The position numbers and the translations under genes were made by a program. The notes below the pieces were generated by a model that was given only the letters and a program-made list of their open reading frames with translations, searched no databases and had not been told where the DNA came from. A stretch of DNA of 64,000 nucleotides, taken from contig CAWHOC010000005.1 of the NCBI GenBank assembly GCA_963830935.1, positions 38,023 to 102,022 on the forward strand, read 5' to 3'. Below are positions 1-9,860 of this stretch, piece after piece. Numbering within the stretch: position 1 is the first letter of the stretch; each line of letters begins with the position of its first letter. Source of the stretch: an uncultured bacterium (GTDB lineage: Bacteria > Patescibacteriota > Minisyncoccia > UBA6257 > 2-01-FULL-56-20).

Positions 1-313
1 CTTTAACACTGAACGTTGCAGGTAAAATTCCACCGTTCCGCCAGGCTTCTCCGAGAGATAAATATTGATGGCCAAAATCTTCACCAGCTTTGGTGGTATG
101 CATGAGTTGGGCTGTGTACTTTACTGAAAACGTATCCGATGGGATTATGTCCTGATGAATCCTGATCAGCAAATACAGATCGGCCATTTCTACTGAAGAA
201 TATAGCTCTTCATAATCCTGCAAGAACATGGCCATATCCATACCGTCGGTCATGTCGAAGCTCACAAAGACGACGAGCGTAGGGAGGCCTTGATGATTGG
301 CTAATTGAGACAT
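1..313 (-). CDS. hypothetical protein, 3' part only (runs off window start)
   Basis: On the minus strand an ORF begins at about 313 with ATG (MSQLANHQGLPTLVVFVSFDMTDGMD...) and has no stop before position 1. It is absent from the ORF track because it is truncated. No recognisable motif. Confidence 0.3.
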   Translation of the reverse strand, partial: MSQLANHQGLPTLVVFVSFDMTDGMDMAMFLQDYEELYSSVEMADLYLLIRIHQDIIPSDTFSVKYTAQLMHTTKAGEDFGHQYLSLGEAWRNGGILPATFSVK

Positions 314-425
314 CGCCTTACCGTGATGCCTCTCTAGTTTGCTTCTGTGATTTCGGTCCCTCTTTTTTGAAATTGCTGCAAGTTCCTCATATGAGATCTC
401 CGGATTATACGTCGGCACATTTGCG

Positions 426-680
426 TCAACGCAGTGATTTGACCTCACATATGGCGATGACCTCCCCGGCACTATTCAGGACCTCATAGTCGGGCGTCCT
501 TGTATCCTTAACTTCCAACACTTTCTTGAGTGTCAGAGCATACCAACGCTCGAGCACAATTTTGATTGCCTTTTCACCAAGCTCACTTTGATATTGTTCG
601 AGTTTCTCCATATGGAGAATATTCTTCCTCCGAACTTCCGCCCTTGCAAGGCGGGTTGCCCGATCGCCTGCGCGGGTCAT
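426..680 (-). CDS. hypothetical small protein
   Basis: 84-aa track ORF ending ...DYEVLNSAGEVIAICEVKSLR, which weakly resembles a (D/E)xK nuclease core motif. This is a weak call. Confidence 0.3.
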   Translation of the reverse strand: MTRAGDRATRLARAEVRRKNILHMEKLEQYQSELGEKAIKIVLERWYALTLKKVLEVKDTRTPDYEVLNSAGEVIAICEVKSLR

Positions 681-795
681 GGACCAACGTCCCTTGAACC
701 GCGCCCTGACTTGTGCCCCCGCGAAGAATCGAACTTCGATTACAAGATCCGCAATCTTGCGTCCTATCCGTTGAACGACGAGGGCAAACGCAACC

Positions 796-854
796 GGATG
801 TCCTTTTGAGACGGAAATGCCACGTTGAAACGTGACCGTCTCAAAAGGACATCT
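796..854. repeat. long-stem hairpin, copy C of the conserved-loop hairpin family
   Basis: 18-bp perfect inverted repeat gatgtccttttgagacgg / ccgtctcaaaaggacatc with a 21-nt loop aaatgccacgttgaaacgtga. The loop shares AATGCCAC...GTGA with the reverse-complemented loop of copies A and B. It lies about 60 nt past the 3' end of the minus-strand gene 914..1363. Confidence 0.5.
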
Positions 855-913
855 GGTTGTTTATTGTTGATAATAAAAGAACAAGAGAAGGATACTAGAA
901 TCTCAGGAATTTT

Positions 914-1363
914 TCAATGGAATCGACGAGGGTCGGCTGGTGCTCGATCTCTTTGAGCACCAGCTTCAGGTTCGCGCGGATCTCCGCCACTTTCGGCGCC
1001 GGCACAATAAGCGAGAGCGCCGGCCGGATGCGCGAGCGGAAATAGAACGACCACATCCGCCCATTCCCCGTCGTCCAGGTCCGCGCTCCAGCTCTCGAAC
1101 TCCTTCATGGAGTATGACTTGTATCCCCCGATATTGAGCTCGGTGTCCGTCAGCGTAAACGTGAGCGTTCTCGGCGCCTTGTTCCCCCACACGATGAAAA
1201 GCATTTCCGCGATCACAATGAAAAAGCCGAATAGAAAATCTTTCTGCCACACCGAGAACGCGATGATGAGCGCGGCAGCGATGATGGAGATCCAATACCA
1301 CGAGACCTCCTTCTCGCGATACTCGAATTCCGGCGCCTCCCATGTTGTTTCGAACTTTGCCAT
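914..1363 (-). CDS. hypothetical membrane protein
   Basis: Track ORF with N-terminal hydrophobic segments (WYWISIIAAALIIAFSVW, FLFGFFIVIAEMLFIVWG). The C-terminal 50 aa look like read-through and may not be real. Confidence 0.4.
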   Translation of the reverse strand: MAKFETTWEAPEFEYREKEVSWYWISIIAAALIIAFSVWQKDFLFGFFIVIAEMLFIVWGNKAPRTLTFTLTDTELNIGGYKSYSMKEFESWSADLDDGEWADVVVLFPLAHPAGALAYCAGAESGGDPREPEAGAQRDRAPADPRRFH

Positions 1364-1378
1364 GATCCTATTTTACCA

Positions 1379-1915
1379 CTATTCTTTTCTGAATCCCATC
1401 AGTGGCTTATCGTCTTCCTCCGGCGGTGGCCCCATCAGCTGTTTTAGAACCTCAAACACGATTTTAAATTTTTTATCGTAATTCTTTTCCATTTCCATCA
1501 CCTTTTCCGCCAGCTCCTTATTACTGGCCAATAATTGGCGCAAACGGACGAACGTCCGTATGATAGCGATGTTCACCGCCACCGCGCGATCGCTCCGCAG
1601 GACACTTGATAACATTGCCACGCCCTGCTCGGTAAAAGCATAGGGCATATATTTGATGTTTTCGCCTTGCTTCAAGGTCGCAATTTGCGACCTTGAATGG
1701 AAAATTTTAGCCTCTTCCACGCTTAACTGAAACATAAAATCATCAGGGAATCGCTCTTAATTCCTTTTTACCGCTTCATTGAGCCGTTTGGTTGGTACGC
1801 GATACAATTCCGCCAAATCATAATCTGTCATGACCTTGCGCCCTCTTATTATAAATATCCGCCGCTCGATGATATCAAGCGGAATCACCATATTCTCATC
1901 TTTTAAATTTTCCAT
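1379..1915 (-). pseudogene. ORF6N (KilA-N/antirepressor-like) DNA-binding domain protein interrupted by an in-frame TAA
   Basis: The N-terminal piece (MENLKDENMVIPLDIIERRIFIIRGRKVMTDYDLAELYRVPTKRLNEAVKRN*) and the track ORF 1379..1735 (ERFPDDFMFQLSVEEAKIF...RSQIATLKQGENIKYMPYAFTEQGVAMLSSVLRSDRAV) are in the same frame, separated only by TAA at about 1757-1759. Together they match the ORF6N domain pattern. Confidence 0.6.
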
Positions 1916-1951
1916 AACCGGATTATTACACGACCCACATTAAATCATTCT

Positions 1952-1990
1952 AAAACTTGAAGTCACAGATTGTGACTTCAAGTTTTTTGA
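1952..1990. terminator. bidirectional rho-independent terminator-like hairpin
   Basis: aaacttgaagtcaca-gat-tgtgacttcaagtttttt: a 15-bp stem with a 3-nt loop, flanked by A and T runs on both sides. Confidence 0.5.
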
Positions 1991-2043
1991 GATCGCACAT
2001 TGCGACCCCAAACACGCCTCACCCCCACATCTGCGTACGCCCC

Positions 2044-2082
2044 AACACAAAAACGACCGCCTCACGCGGTCGTCTCTGTTCT
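2044..2082 (-). terminator. rho-independent terminator downstream of hup
   Basis: On the minus strand: gacgaccgc-gtgag-gcggtcgt followed by tttttgtgtt, immediately 3' of hup. Confidence 0.4.
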
Positions 2083-2114
2083 TAAGATACTGAAGAAGGA
2101 TCCTTTTTCAGCAA

Positions 2115-2390
2115 TTACAGCACTGCTTCCTTGAGAAGCTTTCCGGCGCGGAACTTCGGTTTGATCGAAGCCTTGATCTGGATCTTTTCGCCGGTCTTGG
2201 GGTTGCGGCCTTCGCGCGCTGCGCGCTTGGCGACGCGGAACGTACCGAAGCCCGTGATCGCGACTTCCTCGCCGCGGCCCATGGTCTTTACGATCGTATC
2301 AAACACCGCATCTACTGCCCTCTCCGCGGCCGCCTTCGTCTCGATGCCGGTGGCCTTCTGAACCGCTTCCACTAATCCTTTTTTATTCAT
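2115..2390 (-). CDS. hup: DNA-binding protein HU
   Basis: 91 aa, MNKKGLVEAV...GFGTFRVAKRAAREGRNPKTGEKIQIKASIKPKFRAGKLLKEAV. This is the canonical HU/IHF fold sequence. Confidence 0.9.
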   Translation of the reverse strand: MNKKGLVEAVQKATGIETKAAAERAVDAVFDTIVKTMGRGEEVAITGFGTFRVAKRAAREGRNPKTGEKIQIKASIKPKFRAGKLLKEAVL

Positions 2391-2810
2391 GATGATGATA
2401 ATTAGTTTATTTCGCGACCTTTTGTGCTTTTAGCTCCCCTTTAGTATAGCAAAATCAGGGTTTTCTTGCACAAGGGGCGTCAAGCGGGTTATTAAATAAT
2501 GATTAAAAGGAATTTGACGCCTATATGAGATTTGCTATCCTTTTATTAAGATAGGTTTCCTGATTTTTCTCTTGATGGCAGAAAGGCGACACTGCGGGCG
2601 CCGGGGAGATCCCGGTGATCGATGAGGGAACTGCCGCCCCTCCAAGAGAAAAATGAGGAAGCCTATTTTATTTCTCGATATTGCCCCCTCAGCTTCTTTT
2701 CTGGACGATAATAGCAATTAAAAACGCTCTTGGCGCTCCCGTGAGGATCATAGACCACGATCAGCGCCTCATGCTCCTTCCGCGCCCACAATCGCTTATA
2801 TTTACTGATT

Positions 2811-3932
2811 TTACAAAAGCGCGTCAAGATAATTTTTGCGATTGATGACTTGAAAAGATGCATCGGGATATGATTCGCGCCATGAAGCCGGCGGGGATGA
2901 GCGGGCCTCCGACCACTTACATTCGATTGCCGCAAGTGCTCCGTTTGATTCCTTAATGATGTCCACTTCTTGCCCGGCATGCGTTCTCCAGAAATAATAC
3001 GAATCGGATGCGCCTTCGATGGAACTTTTTTTTACCAACTCCATAAAAACGAAATTCTCCCAAAGAGCGCCGATGTCGTTGCGCAAAGCGAGTGGGTTGA
3101 ACTGCGCGATCACCGCATTGCGCACGCCATTATCAAGAAAATAATATTTTGACTTTTTCGATATTTCATTCCGCAAGTTGCGGCTGAATCCCCTGATCCT
3201 TTTGATGATGAACATTTTTTCCAAAAGATCGATGTATTTCGCAGCGGTCTTTGCATCCGTTCTCGCCGTGCGGGCAACTTCATTAATGGACACTTCGTTT
3301 CCCATCTGAAACGCAAGGCACTTTACGATATCAAGGAGTGTATCGGGAGACCGCACCGCCTCGAGCGCGAGCGCGTCCTTAAAAAGATATGACGAAATGA
3401 GCTCGCTCAAAATCTTCCTTTTTCTATCCACATCAGGTTCGTTTAACACTTCCGGGTATGAGCCATAGATGAGGAACCGTTCAAGATCGCCCTCAAGCTC
3501 AAAGCGGCTGCCTTCCATTTCTCCTTGCGAAAACGGCAGAAGGGTCAGCGTAAAATGGCGACCGGTCAAAGGTTCTCCCACTTTGTTGGATAAATCGAAA
3601 GAAGACGATCCTGTCAGGATGATATTTTTTTCAGGGAAGGCGTCTATCATCATTTTTGCCCCAAGCCCGATTGAGGGAATGGATTGCGCCTCATCAATAG
3701 CGATAATGTCGTACGGGCTGGCGAAGTCAAGGATTCCGTTTCGATCTTCGGACTGAAAGATATTGCGCAAACGGATATCATCGCCAGTCGAAGAAAAAAC
3801 GTTTTTGCCCGACTGTGTTTTTAAATATTCGCCGAGTAATGTTGTCTTTCCCACTCTCCGTGGTCCATAAACAACCAAAACTCTCTTTGGTTCCAAAGCC
3901 TCGACAATATTCTGCTTTCTCTTAAATTTCAT
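2811..3932 (-). CDS. AAA+ ATPase (COG1373-like, AAA_14 + DUF4143)
   Basis: Walker A YGPRRVGKTT, Walker B IIAIDEAQ, and a C-terminal DUF4143-like region (FFLDNG...YFWR...EVDII). Confidence 0.75.
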   Translation of the reverse strand: MKFKRKQNIVEALEPKRVLVVYGPRRVGKTTLLGEYLKTQSGKNVFSSTGDDIRLRNIFQSEDRNGILDFASPYDIIAIDEAQSIPSIGLGAKMMIDAFPEKNIILTGSSSFDLSNKVGEPLTGRHFTLTLLPFSQGEMEGSRFELEGDLERFLIYGSYPEVLNEPDVDRKRKILSELISSYLFKDALALEAVRSPDTLLDIVKCLAFQMGNEVSINEVARTARTDAKTAAKYIDLLEKMFIIKRIRGFSRNLRNEISKKSKYYFLDNGVRNAVIAQFNPLALRNDIGALWENFVFMELVKKSSIEGASDSYYFWRTHAGQEVDIIKESNGALAAIECKWSEARSSPPASWRESYPDASFQVINRKNYLDALL

Positions 3933-4066
3933 TGAATTTATGGTATCATGATACTTCGAATTAAGTCAAATTTGTTCCTAAAACTCCCCAAAACAAAACA
4001 GCCCCGAAGGGCTGTTTTGTTCTCTGATCCGAAAGTCACAAGCTATCGGATCATGTGAGCGAACGA

Positions 4067-7000
4067 CTAGTTGGTAAACCAGTGATGTTCGTGGCTAGGA
4101 ACCGGGAGCGCGATGGACGGGCTGAGGCGAAGCTGATGCTCGTGCCAGTGCGTCGCCATCGCTGCCAAGTCACAGCCCGTCAAGGAGGATCTGGTAGCTG
4201 CCCGTGCTGCCACCTGGTGCTGCCGAATTGAGCGCCGGTCCGGGGCGAGTAGGTCTTCACGAGCAAGGTCTTCGAAGAGCTGGACGGGATGACCCACTGG
4301 TGTGTTGACTCGGCACCATAGTTGAATGTCGCCGTGATCCGTGCCAGTCAGCGTCGTCGAAGCCAAAGAGCACTCGACGGAGCCGAGGCATCATAGAGGC
4401 CAAGTTTCTCGTCGTGCTCGTCGGTGCGACCAACGATCCTGCCGTCTCCAAGGTGCACTGATATCACCTGTCGGGTTCATGTTGCCACTGCCTGCCGTGA
4501 AGGTGAATTCACCAATGGTGTTACCAACAGCCAGGAGAGCTGTTCGGCGTTGACCATCCGGTCGTACCGGCGACATTCAACGTCGTCTGGTAGATCGTGA
4601 AGAGGTTACCCATACCACTTGAGAGGGAAACGTACGTCGTCGTCGCGTTGGTCGCGTTGGTGTACTGGTAGCTCTGCAAGTCATACGCGTGCGTTCCGCC
4701 TGATGTCGCATACGGGTATGCATTCGTATCCGCCACCAAGTTCACGTACGTCGTGCTGTTCACAGGAACCGAGAGACCGGACAAGTTGAAGGTCAACACG
4801 CCGCTCTGCTCGCTCGCCGTGCTCAACACGTTTCCGCTCGTATCCGTCAACCGATAGTTGAAGAGATCCGAAGCATTGCCCTGTGGTCGAGGTGATTCGT
4901 CGTGGTCGCAGCGTCGATGATCGTTACCTGCGTCAATGTCTCGCTGCCGTTATTATCAGCAGCAAACTGGTATTGAGCCACGTTCACGCCCGGAACATTC
5001 ATGCCAAGCTATGAGGCCTGCGACGTGCCTGCCGAGAGCGATCCGGTCAAGGTGCCTCCCGTGTTGAAGGCGAGATCCTGACCCGGAACCGGAGTGGCAA
5101 GCGAGATCGCGTTGCCCGCCTGGGTTGACGCATTCACTGCATAGAGATCCGTCGCGCCGCCGCGGTCGTGGTCGTGCTCGCATTCGAGCTGATGTTTGCA
5201 TAAACATCAAGCGTTACGGAGCCGTTCGCGGCGATCGAGATCGGCGCGTTGCTGTTGAAGCTGTAGACGCCCGTGCTCGCGACCGTTGCATAGGTCTGGC
5301 CGAGCTGCGTGCTGCCATCCATCACTTCAAGGTTGGTCAACCAGCTCGGGTACGCAGCGAGAACCGTGCTCGTTACCTGGATGGTAACGCCGGTCAAATT
5401 GACCGGGTTAACCTGTCCGGCAGTGAGCGTGTACGATCCGATCTTCACCTGCTGTGCGCCAGCCGAAGCCGACACCGGGGTACCCAAGCCATAGTTCTCG
5501 TTCACAACAAGATTCGTGCTTTGAGGCAAGAATGTGAAGGGTGTTGCCCGGAACCAGAAGATACTCGGCCCGGACCGGTCAATACGTCGTGTAGCTCTGC
5601 GCGGCAGTGCACCGGTCGTACCGTCAAACGTCACCTGCACAGAACCCGTGGAGGTCGCATTGATATCACCGTAGACCGTCAAGACGCGGGTCGTGTTGGC
5701 CGGGATGATGTAGTTCAAGTTGCCAGTGCCTTCAGGGACAGCTGTAGTGCCAGGTCGCGTTGACCGTGGTGCCGATCTGGGCGCCCTGATCGTCAATGAC
5801 GCGGAAGTTGTTGATCGTCTGAGCGACGGTCGGCGTGATAGTGAAGTTCATTTGAGTGAACTTGATGCTGTCGCCGGAAGCCAAGACGTCAAACTTCGCG
5901 AGCACCTGGTTGGTGTTCCCTGCCACCACATTGGTGGTCGGGCTCGCCGGATCCCTGGATACTACGACGCCGCCGTTGTTGATCTGAACGTTGGAGAAGG
6001 TAACCGGGAAGCCTCCATTGTTAAGAACGTTCTGGATGCTTGCGCCGATGCCGACTCCATACGTGGTGTCAACCGCCTGAATGTCAGACGACTGCTGTAT
6101 GGAGAACTGGAACGTGCGGTTTACGCCGCCAGTGATGTCCGCATAGAGCGACAACACCGCCGATTGGCCGGAGGTCAACATGAGCGGCGCGCCGGAAAGG
6201 TCGAACGTCGCGATATTGTTGCTGCCAAGCGAGGAAAGCGTCGCGCCAAGCTGGGTCGAACCATCCATCAGTTTGATGTTCTGGAGATAGCTCGGCGTTA
6301 CGCTTCCGATATTCGTGAAGGTCAACGCGGTCACCTTGACCGGGTTGTTGCCGGCCTGAACCGTTACCTGACCGACGAGATCATTCAACTGGCCCGCATT
6401 ACACCGTTGTTAAGCGATGACGTCGCGCTCGTGATATTAAGCGTCGCCAAGTTATTGACCGATGCAATCGTGAACTGGGCGCTGTTCAACGGGAAGTTGC
6501 CCGAGAACGTGCCGCCGGTTACGTTAGCCGCGGAAGCCAAGCCGATCTGGAAGATGTGGCCTGAGTTCGACGCAGCCTGCGATCCGGTCTCTCCGCCATT
6601 GTTGACATCAACCGTGACGGTGACGACCATCGTGGAATTCGCCGGGACCGTAAAGAGTCCTGCGCCATTCGAGAAGGTGATCGCGCCATTGTTGAAGCCG
6701 AGGTTTGACGCCAACTTGGTCGCGCCACTGTAGAGGTAGACGTTGTTCAAGTCGGAATCCTGCGAAAGTCCTGAACGGGTCAAGACCAAGTTCGTGACGG
6801 TGACGGGTGTCGCGCCAGCCGTGAAGTCAAGCTTCAGGACCGGAGTGTTCGACCGCGCCTGCCGCTACGTTGACCGAACCCGGGGTCTGCGTGGATCGAC
6901 GGAGCGATCGCGACAACGGAGCGCTGAGCCCTGTCGCGAAGCACCGTTACGTCCGTGAACCGTGGTCACCGTGGTCGTGTACCCGTGCTCATCGAATTGA

Positions 7001-7412
7001 TGAAAGCGCGGGTCTTAGGACCAAAGTAACCAACCGAAGGGGTGATGCCGTTCGCTGCCTGGAATTTTCCGAGCGCTGCTTGCGTCAGCGCGCCGAAGTA
7101 TTCGGTCGGAGTGGCGAGACCGCCGTGAGATATCCTTGTTGAATCAAAAACTTCTGGAGGGCCGTGACTGCGCGCCTGTGGAACCAACGGTGAGGTCGCT
7201 GGTAAAGTCATAGGTCGTGCGCCGACCGAGGGCCGCCAGAAGCATTCAATTGGACTCTGGAGTGTCTGGATCTGGGCGAGCAAAGCCGCGATCTGAGCCT
7301 GAAGGCTCGACGTGGTCTGTGCGCTTGCCACAGGTACCAGCGCAGCTGCTCCTACCATCCACAATACTGTGGTGGCGGTGAGTGCCGCTGAAACCAATTT
7401 TTTAGAATTCAT
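4067..7412 (-). pseudogene. large secreted surface protein (signal peptide, PG-binding-like motif, Thr/Ser/Asn-rich repeat domains) fragmented into at least 6 frames
   Basis: The 7412 ORF begins MNSKKLVSAALTATTVLWMVGAAALVPVASAQ (signal peptide), has a coiled segment LQAQIAALLAQIQTLQ and GYFGPKTRAFIN (PG_binding_1-like). The downstream ORFs 6789-6385, 6388-5732, 5796-5134 and 4850-4521 carry repeated ...LMDGSTQLG... beta-rich T/S/N-rich modules, all in different frames. Confidence 0.5.
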
Positions 7413-7853
7413 TTTTATTTAATTTATCGATTTAATTATTGGTATCGACCTGTTCGCCCGTTATGGGCACTTTCAGCCGTCGACCTTTCCGTGCACCAAA
7501 TCACGTTTTTATTTTTTGTTGTTCAGGACCGTTTCCGGCACTTCACTCTATTCGCTCGAGCGGCCGCCTCGTGAGGGAAAGCGACGACCGATCAAATAGA
7601 AGAGAGTGGCGAAAACGGGGTTGGTATCGTATAAAAGAAAAAACTCGCTTTTGGCGAGGCTGAAAATGAACAAACAAGAAATTCGACCATAAAAAGTCTC
7701 CTCTCCTGCCTGCTGCGTGCGGTTCAGCCTCACACCGAACCTGTTACTATTATACCCTTATGCTACGTTTGCTGCCGCGGAAAAGGTGTGGAAAAGTATC
7801 CAACACTCCCCTCTCTGATGGCACATAGATAGAACGTCCCGCCGGGCGAAAGG

Positions 7854-8562
7854 TTACCCCGCCTCCGGCATCTCGGCCATCACGTTCGCGCGGTAGAAAA
7901 CCGACGGCCCGGCATTGCCGATCCGCTCGATAAGGCCCTGCTCAAGGAGCGTCTGGAGATCGTAGCGGATGGTCCGCTCGCTCGTATTCGGCAAAACATC
8001 CTGTATTTCCTTCAACCGGCAATTGCCGGATTGCCGGATTCGCTCCAGTATCATATTTTGCCGGATTGCCGAATCGTTTGCCGATTGCCGGATTGCCGGA
8101 TTCGCGCTCAAGCGTCGCTGCGGGCATCGTCATAGAAACCATGGCGGGCGCCACCTCTGCCGAATGCTCGGCAATCTCCGGCTTGGAGAATATTTCCGCA
8201 ACGCTGACCTCGTCCGTCTTGACCGCCGCCTTCCGCTCCACTATTGCTGCATCAAGCGCGTAGATCTCCCGCATCATCACTTCCACGTTGGGGCTGCCGA
8301 TCATGCCCACGTCTCCCCCGAACTTGACGAGACATTCCGTCACGCGGAGCGGGCGTTCTGTGGCGGCATAATCCTCCGCCGCCGCGGCGGCGAGGAGCGC
8401 CGTGCCGGACGCCCGGAGCGATTCGGCAAAGTCCTTTTCCTGCATCCGCTCCGCCAAACGGAATACTGCGTAGACGACCTCGTATGTTTTCGTGAGGATA
8501 AAGCGCTCTTTGCCGGTCTCTTTCATATGCCGGATTATAATCCGGCAATCCGGCAATTGCAA
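7854..8562 (-). CDS. two-domain protein (N-terminal helical domain + C-terminal winged-HTH), with frames joined across an octanucleotide repeat tract
   Basis: Track ORFs 7942..8562 (frame A; helical N-terminus, then the repeat-encoded SGNPAIGKRFGNPAKYDTGANPAIRQ) and 7854..8111 (frame B; ILERIRQSGNCRLKEIQDVLPNTSERTIRYDLQTLLEQGLIERIG, a wHTH). The frame switch falls inside the (AATCCGGC)n tracts. Confidence 0.35.
8016..8103. repeat. octanucleotide tandem repeat tracts (TTGCCGGA / AATCCGGC)n, two clusters inside the coding sequence
   Basis: ccggcaattgccggattgccggatt (8016-8042) and ccggattgccgaatcgtttgccgattgccggattgccggatt (8058-8103). Further copies lie at 8529-8558 (start/5' region of the same gene) and 8795-8812 (inside the upstream gene). 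Confidence 0.6.
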
Positions 8563-8565
8563 GGT

Positions 8566-9168
8566 TTAATGGTGCTGGGGAGGAAGCGGATGCTCTTTTG
8601 CGTAATCATCGCGAACCATCCAGGATGCGATCTGGAAAATAAGCGTAAGTGATTCATCTTCGTGATTCACCACATAGTCCTTCACTCGATCCATAATTGG
8701 ATCGTTCCGAAATGAACCGATTGCTAGCTCTGCTTCTTTCTCGTAATCGTAGAGTGTTCGCAGACGCAGTGATTCCATGTGTTTGAAAATTCTTTGCCGG
8801 ATTGCCGGATAGATCTCATCAAATCCAGAATCTTTAAGCAACTCCTTTCCTTTCTCGCTTGGGGTAGTCGGACTATTTCTTATCTGATACATCGTGTGCG
8901 ATGAAAGTGTTGTCGCGTGTGCCGCGAGAAGTTCCCCCTGTTCCTTCAAAACACCTCTCATCTCTTTAAACTCTGTCTTCGTCTCGACCTTGAACTCCGT
9001 CATCTCAACAATAAAACTACTCAATCGCTCATCAATGCGTATGATAAGTTCCCGCGTGTTGCCCAAAAGCAACGTGGCAATCCAGTTCCCAACCTTTGTG
9101 AACCTTGATAGATTTTGATCCATGATAAAGATTGTTTTTTTACGACAATCCCACCCTAGCACACTCAC
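8566..9168 (-). CDS. hypothetical protein
   Basis: 200-aa track ORF with no recognisable motif. It contains one copy of the CCGGATTGCCGGAT repeat (...DEIYPAIRQRIF...). Confidence 0.4.
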   Translation of the reverse strand: MSVLGWDCRKKTIFIMDQNLSRFTKVGNWIATLLLGNTRELIIRIDERLSSFIVEMTEFKVETKTEFKEMRGVLKEQGELLAAHATTLSSHTMYQIRNSPTTPSEKGKELLKDSGFDEIYPAIRQRIFKHMESLRLRTLYDYEKEAELAIGSFRNDPIMDRVKDYVVNHEDESLTLIFQIASWMVRDDYAKEHPLPPQHH

Positions 9169-9209
9169 ATTAAAAATATATTAAAAGAACTATGTCGAAA
9201 ATGCGGAGC

Positions 9210-9860
9210 TTAGAGCGTCCAGCGGGCGGATGCGGCAACAATGACGAGCAGCGAGAAGAGCACACTCCCCGTGGCGAGCACTTTCGCGCGCGTGAGTTCA
9301 CCGAACACGTATTGCGGCACGAGATCGATCAGAATGGCGGCAAGGAGGAATATAATCGCCGACTGATAGAGGAAATCGAGGGGGAGGAACAGCCCGACGA
9401 TGATCAACTGCCACATAAGGATGAACGTCATCCAGCCGAGCATACGGCGGAACGGCTGGGGGGCTTCGGAAAAATTCTTTATAAAACTCGCGACCATCGC
9501 GCTGATGGCCACTGCAGCGACCAGGCCGTACAGGAGCGCGCGCAAGCCGAACGATCCGCCGACGGTCAGGAAAAAACTTCTGAGCAGCAGATACGACAAG
9601 AAAAGCATAAGGATTTCATACGCGGAACGCCGGTCGATGATGAGAAGGTCTTTTACAAGGAGAATGAAATAGAAGATGGCGACGAAGATGATCGCGTCCA
9701 GAATCCCCTGGCTCCCCAGTAAGGATATTAAAAGCAGTGCGAAAAAGGGCGTCGCAACTTTGCCGGCGCCCGTGATCGGAATGAAATAGAGGAAAAGCGC
9801 GACGATGAGAAAAAGCCAGAACGGCAACGCCCACCATGCGACACCAAAAATGACGGCCTT
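9210..9860 (-). CDS. polytopic membrane protein, function unknown
   Basis: About 7 hydrophobic helices. The track ORF 9210..9956 overlaps the clpB 3' end, so the true start probably lies downstream of 9956. Confidence 0.45.
   Translation of the reverse strand, partial: KAVIFGVAWWALPFWLFLIVALFLYFIPITGAGKVATPFFALLLISLLGSQGILDAIIFVAIFYFILLVKDLLIIDRRSAYEILMLFLSYLLLRSFFLTVGGSFGLRALLYGLVAAVAISAMVASFIKNFSEAPQPFRRMLGWMTFILMWQLIIVGLFLPLDFLYQSAIIFLLAAILIDLVPQYVFGELTRAKVLATGSVLFSLLVIVAASARWTL

Noticed and set aside
2535-2980. Small ORFs (60-105 aa) in the 2400-2810 gap between hup and the AAA+ ATPase
   Set aside because: They overlap one another in different frames, have low-complexity basic composition, and have no RBS or motif support. 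The roughly 400-bp gap may hold regulatory RNA, but nothing was identified by eye.
8016-8103. CRISPR array
   Set aside because: The repeats are 8-nt units in direct tandem without unique spacers of 25-40 nt. This is not CRISPR architecture, and they are interpreted as a simple-sequence repeat instead.
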